From Ascidiella aspersa (Eukaryota): a stretch of 64,000 nt of DNA. A model generated the notes under the pieces. That model searched no databases. It worked only from the letters and a program-made list of their open reading frames with translations, and was not told the origin of the DNA. The position numbers were made by a program, and so were the translations under genes. Each line of letters starts with the position of its first letter. Position 1 is the first letter of the stretch. Of the stretch, positions 12,076 through 25,492 are shown piece by piece. The stretch is taken from NCBI GenBank assembly GCA_963924565.1, contig OZ004608.1, forward strand, positions 3,472,001 to 3,536,000, in the 5' to 3' direction.

Positions 12076-12918
12076 TTTTCAGTTGTCACAATTTATTTTT
12101 CGACTTTAAAAGTCGCCCTTTGATCTTTGCTTTGAAACACGATTGAAAACGTTTTTCACACTAAAGCTTGCGTAAGTTTTATTTTAGAACCGTACAGCAG
12201 TGTGGGTGTTCAAATCCGTCAACTTATAATATCAAAGGTGGCCCAGGCCGCAGATATTACACCACACACTTATTGTTGAAACACAAACTCGTAGACAATG
12301 AAATTTCTCGTAAATTTAAAAAAATTAATGAAATTAACATATTTTTTCTCTTTGTAAAGGTTTTGGCGAAACCGCAGATTTTGAACAACACAAGCGACCA
12401 AAGTGAATTTTCTTATCATCTTACAATATAGAACAGTGGTTCTAAAATTTTTCTTGCGGCGTTTATTAAATCTGCAGCGCACCAATTAAGCTAAAATTTC
12501 ACTGATTTTCACTAAAATATAAAGCATTTTATTACCGCGTTCGAGTTAAAATATGAAACGTAATCATTGAGCGACGCCCTGTGAAAACTAAAATGACGCA
12601 CCAGTGTGTCGAGACGCAAAGTTGGAGAACCATTGCTGTGGGAAGCAGTTTTTTTAGTTGTCACAATTTGTAGTTTCGACTTGAAAACACTTCACACATT
12701 AAAGCTTGGGTAAGTTTTACTTTAGAAATCGTACAGCAGTGCGGGTGTTCAAATCCATCAACTTACAAAAATATCAAAGGTGGCCCAAGCCGCAGAATTC
12801 AAACCACACACACGGATTTTTTTATTGTTGAAACACAAACTCGAAGACAATGAAATTTCTCATAAATTTAAAAAAAGAATGAAAATGACATATTTTTTCT
12901 CTTTGTGAACGTTTTGAC
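12076..12918 (+). repeat. Direct duplication of about 280 bp (12076-12370 and 12651-12918)
   Basis: Long colinear identity, e.g. cgtacagcagtg.gggtgttcaaatcc.tcaactta...aatatcaaaggtggccca.gccgcaga...ttattgttgaaacacaaactcg.agacaatgaaatttctc. Confidence 0.9.
12434..12635. mobile_element. hAT Buster/Charlie-type MITE
   Basis: Termini cagtggttct...agaaccattg. Left flank ataTAgaa. Confidence 0.75.
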
Positions 12919-13069
12919 AATAAAATGTCATCAGTCCTCTCACCTTTTTGCGGGGCTCCAAATATTAGATGTAAGTATAACAGCCAAGTTTGGCCACCCA
13001 AATCTATTCATTGAACTTTTGTAAACCTAAAGTGAACAAAACAAATTACAATAGCATAATTAAGTTCGA

Positions 13070-13242
13070 ATGTCATTAATATAAGCCATGACTTCATATT
13101 GCTTCACCAATTTCCCAAGTTTGGGAAAATCTTTCTCAGAACCAATCTCATAAATTAAACCATGTTAACTACTACAGTTGACCACCCAATCAAATCAAGC
13201 GACGTCTGAATTATGTGGCCACCCATGGCTTGAGAAACACTG
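13070..13242 (+). mobile_element. hAT MITE, partial (family shared with 25295-25492 and 59082-59296)
   Basis: ctcagaaccaatctc...catgttaactactacag...ttgagaaacactg terminus. Confidence 0.7.
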
Positions 13243-13983
13243 GTTTAAAAAACACAAAGATAACACCAACGGAAATGAAAGAGCACTTATAGATGGAAAA
13301 GTACAGTGACGTTATAGTTACATAATTTTAAACCACAACTGTTAAATTTATATCTATTAAGGCAAACAATTTTCTAAAATGGATTCCAAAACCAATGACG
13401 GACAAGCTATTTATAATATCGACAACGCTTGGCCTGATAAACACATTTACCCTCATTATTCCTGCAATACTCTCCACATAGATTGTAGCCGGTGATCTTA
13501 AGATGCTTTGGCCGATTACAGTAAATCCCCCTGCATTGCTCAACGCTTCAGATATGCGATTGCAAGCTTGATAATGCACTTGGCACCATTTCTTGGAAGA
13601 AGGCGGTTTGTATTGGACCGATCGTCGGTTTGCCAGAGGCTGGTACTGCCATGAATATTGGCAACATGGATTCCTTCGGGCATTTAAGCTTATTTCTTGA
13701 GATCAACTATTCATATAGCAGTTTCACCTCAACTGTAATTTTCATCCCAAACGTAAATCGACCCTTAACGGGGTAATATGGTGATTTTAAGGGGTTAACA
13801 CTTAACAGTATGAGGAGACTTATCAATTACCTTTTATAAACGTACAAATAGTCTTTTTATAGTTTTTATTTCTGATAAATAATTGCATCCACTTTAGTAC
13901 GACATAATGGTAATGTTATATCGTTAATTACTTTCCTAATTTGTTACCCAAACTATTGTTAATTTATTTTGGGTTATTTAGCC

Positions 13984-14383
13984 CAGTGGTTCCCAGCACG
14001 TTTTTAAGGCGACCCATTTAAAAAAAAAAAATATTTTGTATAATCTTGCGACCCAAGCAAGTACAAGATTGCGTTGCAAACAAACTGCACTACAAAAGCA
14101 GTTACTTTTTCCGAAGATAATATGTTTATTAAATCACCAATGAGATAGTTGGGCTCGCTTGCTCTCAGTGAGTTTTTGAAATCGAGGCGTTATTTTGCTT
14201 GAGCATATAGAGTCACGCATGTCAGCTTTAACTTTCAGCCGTTTTCGCTGTTTAGTTTTGATATGTTGTGATTATGATTTCCAGTTTTGTGAAAAGATAC
14301 AATATGCGTGAAAAACAAGCGACCCCCAAAAAATAATCAGGCGACCCAACTTTGGGTCGCGACCCATGCGTTGGGAACCACTG
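13984..14383 (-). mobile_element. Internally deleted Buster/Charlie hAT element retaining the transposase C-terminus
   Basis: TIRs cagtggttccca...tgggaaccactg and subterminal gcgaccc repeats. Minus strand 14265-14134 reads HIKTKQRKRLKVKADMRDSICSSKITPRFQKLTESKRAQLSHW*. Confidence 0.88.
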
Positions 14384-17094
14384 CTATACAACAAAGACTT
14401 GAGTGCAGTTCAGTCAAGTTATTGTAACAAGATTGGAGAATTTCACAAACTATTTTTTGTGTCAAAAATAACAACACTGGCGCTACAGGTTCATTTTGAA
14501 ATAGAACTTCAAATATGCACCAGTTTTACCTCCGTAAATTTGACTCAAAGATCCACAGAAACCTTAAGTTTAAATCTTGGCAAAATGCTGCGCACCTCAC
14601 ATACGGTTTTGCAGCAATAAAAAAGTAAAGCGGATGACCTTAAGGTTCATTGTTTTTCTTTCTGCTTCTGTAAAGGTTTTTTTTATCGGAGACGAAAGCT
14701 CTTGAATCTAATTAGAAGCGACAGTTAATTACAGCCTGGGAATGTTTCTATGTTTTGAGCGCAGATGAAAGGGAAAGACCGAGAAATGTCAAGTTCGAAG
14801 AAGTCTGCGCAACAACAGTAAGTAGCCTACTATAAAATGTACTTGAACTGCATTGTTTACAATTGACAGTTGCTGCCTAATGTCGGCACTGATGGATTTT
14901 TGTTTTCTACTTATATCAATCTGAAAACACTGCATAGTTTTGAGTTGTCTTATCAGTTAATCGTACCCTTTAATCATTTATATGCACAAAATTTATTTTA
15001 TTGTCACGAAATTTAGCTTGTTTCAACACATGACAAAGCTTGTTCTACTGTTTTTTAGCACATATAAAAAGGTTACAAAAATTGCAAATATTATAGCAAG
15101 GTATTAAAAATGTACTGAAAAGCGTTACAACTATTGCAAAGTAGTTTGAAATTACATTTTTCTCTAATGTAATTTCGTAGCTAGCTGGAAAAGCAGCTTG
15201 TATCACTGTTAGTGTCGCGTTTTGGCTGTGATGTTGCTTCCGGGAAGAGTCGACACTGATTGCTTGATTGCAGCGTTGTAAAAACCAATGCTTTTCCACT
15301 TTCTTGTGTTTTATTACACCTACCAGGCAAATTTTAATGAAACAACCCAACTATGGACTCATCTTATAAACTAAATGCTTGCAATTTGTAAACAATTGGC
15401 AGAAATTTGCTAACAATAGGTCATTGTCGTAATTTATTGTTAGGGCGAGGATGTCTTTTAAAAGCATGTTAGTTTTCAATATTCCGTCATTTTTTGGTGT
15501 TTTGTACTTAAGCAATAATTTTGGCGATGGTGTATATAAAGTCCTAAATATTGCAATACTGAAATTTATGGTGGGTTAAAGATATTAAAATAATGCGCAT
15601 TTCACTACCTATGCACACGTTTCCTATTGATCAGCTTTGCCAATTAACCAGCGGTAATTTTTGCCTAAAATATTTACCCTTACTCGAAAATACTTTGCGT
15701 TGTAAAAGGGTGGAAAAAAATGATTTATCCTAAGGACCAGTGGCCCACCTTTTGGGCACTTTTGGCTCTTATAAGTTTATTTTTATTAAGTTTCTCCGCA
15801 CTGCTACAGCCCAACCACGTGCGTTTGATCGTATCATTGCAGCAGGGAATGCAAATTGCAGTATATTTGCAAAACTACCAAGCGAGACTTGCACAACAAA
15901 CCGCCCACACAAACAAACGTAATTGCTTGCCGGTAATTTCTGAAGGCAAGTTCGATATATCTGGTTTAAGTGCCATAAGTGTTTTGCTGTGTAGCGCAGC
16001 CAAATGTTTGAAACAACGGCCGGTCTTCAATATATCAGAGAAAAACGATGGTCTCAAACGAAAGTGGTGTGCCGGTGTGGAAAGGACGTTTCCAATCATT
16101 TTACGAGCATTGCAACGCCCATTTGTCCTTCCTTGCCTTTTTTGAAGTAAAAATATTGCCTTTAAATTTATGCCTGGGTGTTTGAACTAGTTTTAATAGG
16201 CACTTGCTTTAAGCCCTTCTCAACCTTTTACGGCAACCCTCAAAAATAACAAATAGATTTTCAAAAACGCTACTATTTTTGATCGTTTCCCAAACAATTT
16301 TATAAAATGAGGACTTGAGGTCAAAGTTTTGAAGTGCTCAACTAATATTTTTCTGAGATGAAAGCGTCTGCACACTTTGTTTGGCGACTGATGTCCGCCA
16401 TTCCACTTGAAATATCCCACATTGTTTCGCTTAGTGGTCTAACCAGGGTGCCGTTTGTAACGCTTAAGGGTGGTATCACAAAATGCTCCATTAGTAAGCT
16501 TCTTAATACAATTTTGGGTAGAATTAGAGTGTAACACATCGAAAAAAAGACATTTTCCAAAAAAGGCTCAGAAATACTTATCTTTTTTTTTTTTATAAAA
16601 CTGTACAAAATAGACTTGGAAAATATTGATTTTGAATGAATTAAGTAGATTAATTTCAAGACAGTTTTTAGAATTGATAAAGGTGGAACACGTAAGGCTT
16701 TGGGGTGTAGATCTAAGTATAAGGTTAGTTTTTTAAATATATATATGGATTTTGAATATGTCAAAGCATAATTCGGATTAAGCAGAACTTTAAAAAATGA
16801 GGTCCAGAAAAACCTATAGAATTCGAGCGTAATAAAGCGTAGGCTATAATGAAAATGTATAAAGGAATTAGGTGTAAAAAACGTACGAATTAAGTTACAG
16901 AAAAACGTGCGGAATTTGTTCCGGAATGAGGCTTGGTGGATAAAAATAAAATTCCCGGCCGCTATTCGAATCGTCATTAATTCGCACACACACAATCACA
17001 CATGTATCGCATTAAACTCGGCTTAAAAGAGACAGACCGGGCGATTTCGGTTTTGTCAAATCCGCCCAATGTTTGTTGAAATTACCGACCCGGG

Positions 17095-17245
17095 ACTTTT
17101 CCGCCTATTCCGTTGATTGGCCGCCTGTATATTTTTATTTACGGGCCGTTCGCGGGCCTTTGTGACGTGGCGGCGCGAGACAATGGGCGTCTACGCGATG
17201 CAGCGCGCGCTTATAAACAGCAGTTAAGGTGTGGCCGACTGCTCG
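17095..17245 (+). promoter_or_regulatory. Candidate TATA-type core promoter
   Basis: Inverted CCAAT (17116-17120), TGACGTGG (17163-17170) and a GC-rich BRE-like run directly before TATAAA (17212-17217), all within a CpG island. Confidence 0.5.
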
Positions 17246-17297
17246 ACGGTTTGGAATCGGATTTCAGAAAAGGCAGGTCTTTGTAGCATGGACGTGA

Positions 17298-17810
17298 CAT
17301 TCCTGTGTGAAGGTTCTCGTGTGTCAATAGTTGTAACGACAACGAGATGAACAGAGCACGTCATAGTTTGAGCTATTTACGGGTTTCCTTACAAATCCAA
17401 ATCCAATTAGCTGCTTGTACAAAGATGATAGAGTCCTAGAAGACGATGGAGTCACTCTGTTTCGTTTCATTAGATTTATTGCACCTTTCCCAAACTTGGC
17501 CTCGCGCAATGAGTTTTGTAGGTCACTTAACACGAAATGGTAAAAACTATAGGTAGGTCCGAGTATTGACTTTTCATTACGGTACCCATTATTTTGGTCA
17601 AAAGGTATTGCGATGCAATCATTCCTGTGTGAAGGCTCTCGTGTGTCAATAATTATGCGACAACGAGATGAACAGAGTACGTCATGGTTTGAGCTATTTT
17701 CGGGATCGCTTACAAATCCAATTAGCTGCTTGTGCAAATACGACAGAGCCCGAACTCTTTTTCGTTTCGTTATATCAAAGCTTCCAAAACTGGGTAGCGC
17801 AATGATTTTT
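17298..17810 (+). repeat. Direct duplication of about 200 bp (17298-17518 and 17620-17810)
   Basis: Both copies begin cattcctgtgtgaagg.tctcgtgtgtcaata and share cgacaacgagatgaacagag.acgtcat.gtttgagctattt. Confidence 0.9.
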
Positions 17811-18114
17811 AAATAAAATTACATCGTATTTATCTGCGGGCAAAATTCCTTTATTAAAAGAGCCACATGGCGCCACCAAAAGAGACAAAGACTCGCAAAG
17901 TGTGCTAAATTGTTTTTAACCCCATTTACAAGCCGTAGAATTTTCACAGAATTAAACTAAGTAATCTTAAAAGTTAAAACACTTACACTGAATACGCAAG
18001 GTCAATTTCTACGTTCCAAATTGATAAAAACCCCCCAAAACGACCCCGTTTGGCGCAGATTACGGCGACCTGAGTCCTCTTGTTCTTTTCTCGACTTTAC
18101 CCGATGCAACCGTG

Positions 18115-18359
18115 CAGGGCTGTCCGATAAGAACGTTTTATTCCGATACCCAATATTTTGGTCTAAAAATATGTCCATCCGATGTCAAATAACGTTATGC
18201 TATGCTGCAAAAAGCAGAGTACATGGAAGTAAAAGGTTGAAAGGCATATAAATTTACAGATCGCAAGTCATGGCTGTTCCTATAGTGACTTGGTATCGGA
18301 AAAATAGCGATACTTTGCTTTGGGTATCGGTTCCGACCCGATATAATCGGAGATCTTTA
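18115..18359 (-). mobile_element. Ac-like hAT MITE, degraded copy
   Basis: cagggctgtccgata terminus and ccgata/tatcgg motifs. Confidence 0.65.
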
Positions 18360-19348
18360 TCAACGGCCCCAATCAGTTGAACATTTTTTCACCGAATGTT
18401 TCCAAATTCAGCAGAAAAAGTTTTTTTAAGGGTCGCGAAAAGTTTTATTAAATTAAAAGCAGCCTCAAGTCAAAAATTTGTGACAGCTCTGCACGAAAGA
18501 CGCAGTAAAATTGTACTTTTGGTTATAATCCATCGACTTCAGCCTTTAATTAAGGCGTTTTTGCACTACAAAGCTTCTCTTACAAGTCCACAGAGTTTCT
18601 AATCAAAACATTTTAGTTTGCTGCTGTTTTAAATTGCGGCCTTGTAAATCCAAGATGTACATTGCTGTGGGGACGCACTGTAGACGACATTGCTATTAAT
18701 AGCTGCCCACTGTACTCCCATACCTAATGTTAATTCTTCATCGTGGGTAGAAAGCGACTTTAATGTATCACTTGGAGAAACAAAATTTAAGAGACGGATG
18801 TTATGGTTTACACAAGCTATGTAAGGTTTATGTGTTTATAAAGTATATTATTATCTCCTACCTCGCAAATTTATTGAAGGGTCGCTTTTTACCAGTTTAT
18901 ATATTTTGGTTTGATATTTTTGGATGCAAGTGTTTTAAAAATGTGCTTTTCGGACGAAATATTTGTTTTCTGTGGTTATCGATTGAATTTAATTAATTTA
19001 TCATCCTATGACCGGGGATATAAGCCTGTAACAACCTGATATTTTTGCTTATTTTCAAACTTATAACATTGATTAGTTATTGGTGAGTTTTATATGGCCC
19101 TATACTTCACAAAATAGATTGTTGTTTTCTGTAGACAGAAAAGAAGTGGATATAAGTTTTGTAAGAGTATAGACTAGTGAAACCTTTAATTTAATTTCTC
19201 GTTGTCCACTAAAGTTGCCACTCAACAATTAGTGACCTCCCTAAAAGTTTGAGAAAATGTCATAACGTAACGTCATAGAGAATGCCTCTGAAGTCATAAG
19301 AAAATAAAAAAAATATAATCCCTGGCTAATATTTGAAATACTATATAC

Positions 19349-19728
19349 CAGTGGTTTTCAACCTTTAAAATTTCCATCCGCACTTTTTTATTTCGGAAAA
19401 TTTCCATCCGCACGAAACAAGCTCAGTAAGTTTGCAACCTTTAGTTTTATTTGTGAAACAACAATGAAAGGGTTTGTGTATTAAAACCGCGTGCCTAAGT
19501 CTTGACCGATATAAAATAGATAGCTTAAGCTGCAATGAACCACTATACGAGACTATGTTACTGTATCTGTAACGCATAAGTGGGCGCACCAGCTTATTTG
19601 ATTACTTTATTTAAACATAATAAAAAATAATAACATGCACCACTTTCATCCGCACGACGTTTGTCATCCGCATTACAATTTTTTTCATCCGCACAAGTGC
19701 GTACCATCCCACGGGTTGAAAAGCACTG
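19349..19728. mobile_element. hAT Buster-type MITE with perfect TSD
   Basis: TIR cagtggttttcaacc...ggttgaaaagcactg. The 8-bp TSD ctatatac is on both sides, with repeated subterminal catccgca motifs. Confidence 0.92.
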
Positions 19729-19932
19729 CTATATACTTTGTGACCCCATAATGGCGGAGGGCTGCAGTTCAGGTATATAGAAAAACAAGTTAAAACAGTT
19801 TCAAAAAAGCACGTAATATTCAGTGTCATATTTTTCAACACGCAAAAGCTTTTTGTCAAAGGTTTCAAATTTTGTGAAATGTATACCTTAATATAGAACT
19901 GCCCATTCATCGAAGGCGTCCGGTGTCCTTCA

Positions 19933-20200
19933 TAGAGATGACCGATAATATCGGATCGGAGCCGATACCTGATGCCATGTGATAGTATCGGTACTCGTCC
20001 GATACTAGGTTGATATCGGTGCCGATCTGATATTAAATTAAGATATGAATATCAGTCTTGATTTGCAAACCAACTAGTTATTTTTATCTTAAAACACAAA
20101 TTTATAAAATAATATTAGGTTATGAACAACTAACCTTATATGAAGTAACTATATCCTAAAAACTAAATAAAAATCTGACGTATCAATTGTCGGACATCGC
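19933..20200 (+). mobile_element. Ac-like hAT MITE copy
   Basis: tagagatgaccgataatatcggatcggagccgatacc...gtatcggtactcgtccgatactagg...tcggacatc. Confidence 0.8.
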
Positions 20201-22059
20201 CAGTCCTTCATATTACATTTGCAGTAGTAAACACCAGGGGCGCTAGAGGACCCATGTTAAGATCCTTCAAGGGCGTTCAAGGTCAAACAAAACGTGTGTG
20301 GGACTCACGCGCTGAATGACAATCCCCGAGGTATATGCACAAACGTGATGGACAGTTATTAAACGTGCGGCAAATCATCGACTGCCTAAAATCTCGAGAG
20401 GCAAAATATTGAGGTTGCAACGTATAGTGTGATGTTGAATATCGTTTGTCAAGGAATTTATTAAAAATAAATCCTTTTAAATTAAAATTTTGCCAAAATG
20501 TTGGCCTGGAGGCATTAGTTAATCTCTTCAGCAGTGTTAGCTGCAGCAACACACATTGATACGCTAAAATTGTATTGATTTTATACGCTGAATAATATGG
20601 TATGATGCCAATTGTCCTAAAAAGTAACTGTAATTTTACTCATATATTATAATATTACCTGAATATAAACTTTATAAAGTAACTGTGATATTACTCCAAA
20701 TTGCAATGAATTTAGGAAGTTGTTATTTACCGGACGGTAAAGTAATTTAAATCAATGCATAATCACAAATAGGTGTCTGTGTACTCGACTAATAAATAAA
20801 TTTAAATGCTTGGATTTGCGGTTAAATTATTAAATATTGCAATTCTAGTCATATAGGAATTAATATTACCGCCACTCGAACATAAACGCTAACCACAAAC
20901 CTAACTTAAAAATCATGCATGTTTTAAGAAATTCTATTTTTTAAGAATTCTATAAACGCCGGGCGAAAGTAAGAACTCAATATACAATCACTAATGGATG
21001 TATGCGTAACCCAAAACGATTCGTGCACATAACCACTTCCATAATTTATTTTGAGTTTATCAAACAAGCAAGTATATTTGCATCAAATCCGTCGACCGTA
21101 ACAGCAATTTCCAGCTCCCATTGACCACGTGTTGTAATCTTATATGACGTCACACAAGAGTGGCGCGTTCTTCATTCTGTGACGTCCACAATGACAGCGC
21201 GAACTGTCGTGATTCAAGCGACGCTAAATTTGGTTTTGCGAAGTCACTTAATAGTTCACGTTTCTCGGGTTATTTTTGTCACAGCTTGTATGGCGTTCAT
21301 GTGCCTCCTGTGCCACACATGGTGGGTGGTGGGTTAAGGTAAAAAAAACGGTAACTCAAAACACAGGCCTGTATTCGTATTTTCTTGCTGGTAAACAAAA
21401 GTTTGCAGTTAAATTATGTCTACCTTGGGTCCTTGGTGTATTAGTACAAATGTATAGTGCAGTGGTTCTCAATCGGGTGCATTTCTAATGCCCAAGGGTG
21501 CCGAGAGATATTTGAGAATCTTTAAGAATCTGATTTTTGCTCAACTCTTAAAACTTTTTCTGTAAGATTAGAGTGAAATGAATCCGATTAAAATTCCCCA
21601 CGTTGTGCAGAGTTGATGTGTGTTGTTCCAGCTCCGTTCATAATTGACCACCCAGTAAAGACCCAGAATCCACAAATTTCGACTGAACAACTCAACCAGT
21701 CCGAACATAGTTACGAACTATCATCTAGAGTAGACGAAATAACATGCTTGGTATTTGTACTGCCGACATTAACAGTATAACTTTTCCAAATTTTCCAGTT
21801 TTTCTGCCTAAGACAAAGTTCAACTACTGTTGTTTTCCAACTCCTCGGCCAAAATGTTGATTGCATTACAACCATCGCTCCTTATGTCAAAACAAATATA
21901 CTGTAAACAGCTTAAAGTAAACCTGCAGCTGTTTTCAAGTATGAACTCGCTTATTCTTTCCATGCGTCTGGAGTAGTTTCTAATGCTAAGCTGTGCGGTA
22001 TTATAGGTTAGTACTGTAGACTTTTGGTGGCAAAAACCGAGTATAGCAAACAAACTTGG

Positions 22060-22530
22060 CTGAGTTGCAGCAAAAACAAAAGCAGTACGGCTTGTTTTTG
22101 CGAGCGAAATCGCTAAATTTGCAGCGAAATAACTAATTGGTCCTTTGTTTTTGCGAGCAAAATGTACTGTATTAGACAGTAATTACCAATCAATTTAACG
22201 GCAAAAAAAAAAGCAGCACGTTTTCGTTTTTTGGGTTCACAATGAAATAAATTTTAACAACAAAACCACTGAATTCCACAGCAAAATGAAAGCAATTACT
22301 TAATCTATTGGTTTTTAAACTTTGCGGGCAAAAATTACTCAAATTGATATAAAATAAAACATTGGTTTAGTGTGTTTTTTCAAGCAAAATGTAGGCCTAC
22401 TAAATTTGCCAGCAAAAAAACGCTGCATATAAGAACAAAACGAAAAACTAATTACTATTTTGTTTTTGACAACATCTGGACTGAATTTCACAGCAACAAC
22501 AAAAGCAGTACGTCTTTATGTTTTTGTAAG
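22060..22530 (+). repeat. Degenerate minisatellite (units of about 50-60 bp)
   Basis: Recurring cagcaaaa...aaagcagtacg...gtttttgcgagc.aaat...ctaaattt motifs. Confidence 0.6.
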
Positions 22531-25294
22531 GCCTAAAGCACCTGCGATATGTTGGCAATTAAGCTGGCTAAGCTTTTTGCGGTGCTTTGTCATTGTCTGG
22601 CCCTTTGTTTGGCGACAATAGCGCAGGAGAAATTAGTTCGACTCATCAACAAACTCAATTGAATTTTGACCTTCGCTGAGAATCGTATTTTTTTCTAGAT
22701 TTTGCCCGCAAGGTTTCGGTTAGATATATTTGTTGCGTTAAAGTCTAACACTTACCGGGTTATTAAGTGCAACTTTTTTAACATCATAATAACAGTTACG
22801 TTTGTGAGAATATTACAGTTAACCACTTAGCGATAATACTATAAAGGTGCCGCAATGGATTTATCATTAGGGGTCGTAAGCACAAAATGTCGTGGACAAC
22901 TGGTTAAAGGAAAGTTATATTATGTAACTTTTCTAAACCATTTAAGTAAGGAAATGCGTTTTCAAAAGTAGGTTTCGTAATTTTGTCGCAAAATTTCCCC
23001 AACTTTCCTCAAATAAGTCACAAAGAAACGTCTTATAGCACCAAAGATTGCCTCAATTCGCTTCCTATCTCGTCTGGTAGACCTATAATCACTTCACTTT
23101 GGCAAATTTCCCTGACCACAACACGATTTTTCGGCCAGAATAATGTTGCCTAAAAGTCCATTTGAGCCACAGGGGCAGAGATTTTATCAAAAAGCTTAAA
23201 TTGAAATCCACTTTGTACTTTAAAACAATGATACCCAATTTGGTACCAAGCAATAAAGTGGATGCGTATAAAAGCTTCCATTCCCAACCGTGTAATTTAC
23301 TTTGCATTAGGGCGGCACTTTTTGTGTTCAAGCAAAAAATCTTCGGTTAATTTTGTCCAGGCAGTTCGTGATGTTTACAAATCGTAGATCCTTGATCTAT
23401 TATGTCAATAGACTTTTAGTAATATAGACATGCTTGGAAATTTTATACAATACAGCATTGTAATGATGTACAGTTTCTCGGATCAAGGATTTTTGTTCTG
23501 GGCTTGAACAATTTTAGGGATGATGTCACAATATTACGTCATAACAGATCATAAAATAATTCGTCCTAAAAATACATGTTGTTTCCGAGCGAACGCGTGC
23601 GAAAATATGCAGTTGAGATGCAGTATAATCGCGCAATACGCGAAAAATTACGTATATTTGGTTTAAACTGGCAAAATTTTCAATTCAACCTTGAAGAGGT
23701 TCGCTTATCGATAATGTCATTTCTAGTCGATTCCAAAAAAAATTGCACTTGTTTGAGGTTTACGCGGCGCAACATAATGTAGCATGCATGGCATGGCGCC
23801 TTTTCAACATAATACAGTCTCGTTTTAAAAATGTTAGTTTAATATGGTTGTGATTGCAGCTGACTCGCTATAAATTTAAATCATAAAGGCTCAGAAAAAT
23901 TTATACCATCAAAATGTTCACATACTATACTCTGATGCTCATATCAGCACGCAGTTTGACAATTACTGCATGCCTGATGAACTTACATCCTATAACTTTT
24001 AATTTTTAGTAAGTTTTACTTTTTAAACTTTTGAACAAGATCTCGTTTTACAGATGACGTCATGCGTTTCCGAGCCAACACGTCATACAAGTATTACTCA
24101 AACATCCTTAAAGGCAAATCCCTATTCGCCACGTTGAACCCAGTTTATGTCATAAATAACGTCCGTTTTTTTCGCATAACCCAGGCTGTGGCTACATATT
24201 TTAAATAGATGCGTTCAAATAGGAATCTTTATTTTACCACGGCTTTTGTATCTTGACAGTAGGTTAACTAACATAGTTGTTGTATGTGAAAAACTTCCAG
24301 TTTTTCAGTGTGCATTTTTGCCAACCGTTAACTAAACCCGCCCTAATGACTTTTACCAAAGTGTTGTTCCTTAACATTTAATAATTTGTTCAGATGTTTT
24401 TTTTGAATGGTACAAGTTCCCTTTTTGCCTTTACTTCCCACCCTTTGACAATTATAACAGCTTACAGGAATAGAATATTTTATTTCATTGTTGCACCTGA
24501 CATGACAATATACTACAAAAATGGCACCAAGCAAAAATTATATTGTTGCTACTTTTCCACGCTGTGGTTAGTTGATGGTTAATAATTATTATTAAAGAAG
24601 TAAATAAAACCTGTCCAGTTTTTGATCAGTCTTTGGTGCTGTTTTTTCACGCTTTGGCTAGATTAAATAGCACTTGTTCCTTTCTCTTCAGTTTTGGCAA
24701 AGATACGTTGGGCGAAAAGAGAAACCGAGCTGATGTAACTACTGCCGTTTTAAACTGTTCTGTTTTGTGCAGTAATGTGCGGTCCGACATTACAAATCGC
24801 TAAACGGGTTTAGAAGCTGACAAATCGTCTGGCAATTCCCACATTTCCAAGCCTAAGCTGTTACTTTTGTTGTTGTTTGGCCAAGTCACGGAAAGGTATA
24901 GTTTCACACAAACTTGAGTGGATTTCACATCCTACAACGTATAAGGGATAGTTTGAAAATGAAGGTTATAGCCAAATAGATCGAGTAAAACGACATCATA
25001 TTAAAAATAATTCGATAGGCACTTGTTTCATCAGTTAATGTAACTAAAATATTTAACCTCGACTATAAAAGGTTAAACGTTATTCTTATTATTCGGAGTT
25101 TCTATAATAATTGTTTCCGTGCACAACTTTCTTGTTGTAATACTAAAGCATTTATCTTTGCGTTTCTTAACGTATTTCGCGTCGACCCAAATACTAAATG
25201 AACAGCGCAGCTTTGGAGATCACATCTTCCCACAGAACTTGTTTTAAAAAAACTTGGACTGTATCATATTTTATGAAATAAGTTTAAATTAAAA

Positions 25295-25492
25295 TATTAT
25301 AAGCGACGTCTTCGTATTGCTTCTGCAATTTTTTTCTGCAAAATATTAAAAAAAAAACGAGAGCAAAATGGAGATATCTTGCTCAGAACCAAGCTCAATA
25401 AATCTAAGCATGTGAACTACTGCAGTCGGTGACACAACCAAATTAAACGTCCACACAATTTGAGGTCGCGGCCTATTGGCTGAAAAACACTG
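25295..25492 (+). mobile_element. hAT MITE, partial
   Basis: Colinear with 13070-13242 and ends ...ctgaaaaacactg. Confidence 0.7.

Noticed and set aside
13340-13690. Coding-looking stretch of balanced composition
   Set aside because: The plus frames I translated are interrupted, and the minus-strand ORF has no recognisable family. Possibly an old TE fragment.
16342-16995. Longest ORF in the track (217 aa, minus strand)
   Set aside because: F/L/I/K-rich translation of AT-rich DNA, non-ATG start, no domain and no splice context.
17303-17355. SECIS-like or hammerhead-like reading of the duplicated hairpin
   Set aside because: Helix geometry and core boxes are non-canonical and no selenoprotein gene lies upstream.
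21560-22053. Possible decayed transposase inside a hAT-like interval
   Set aside because: Only vague motif resemblance, with multiple stops. Not supportable without an HMM search.
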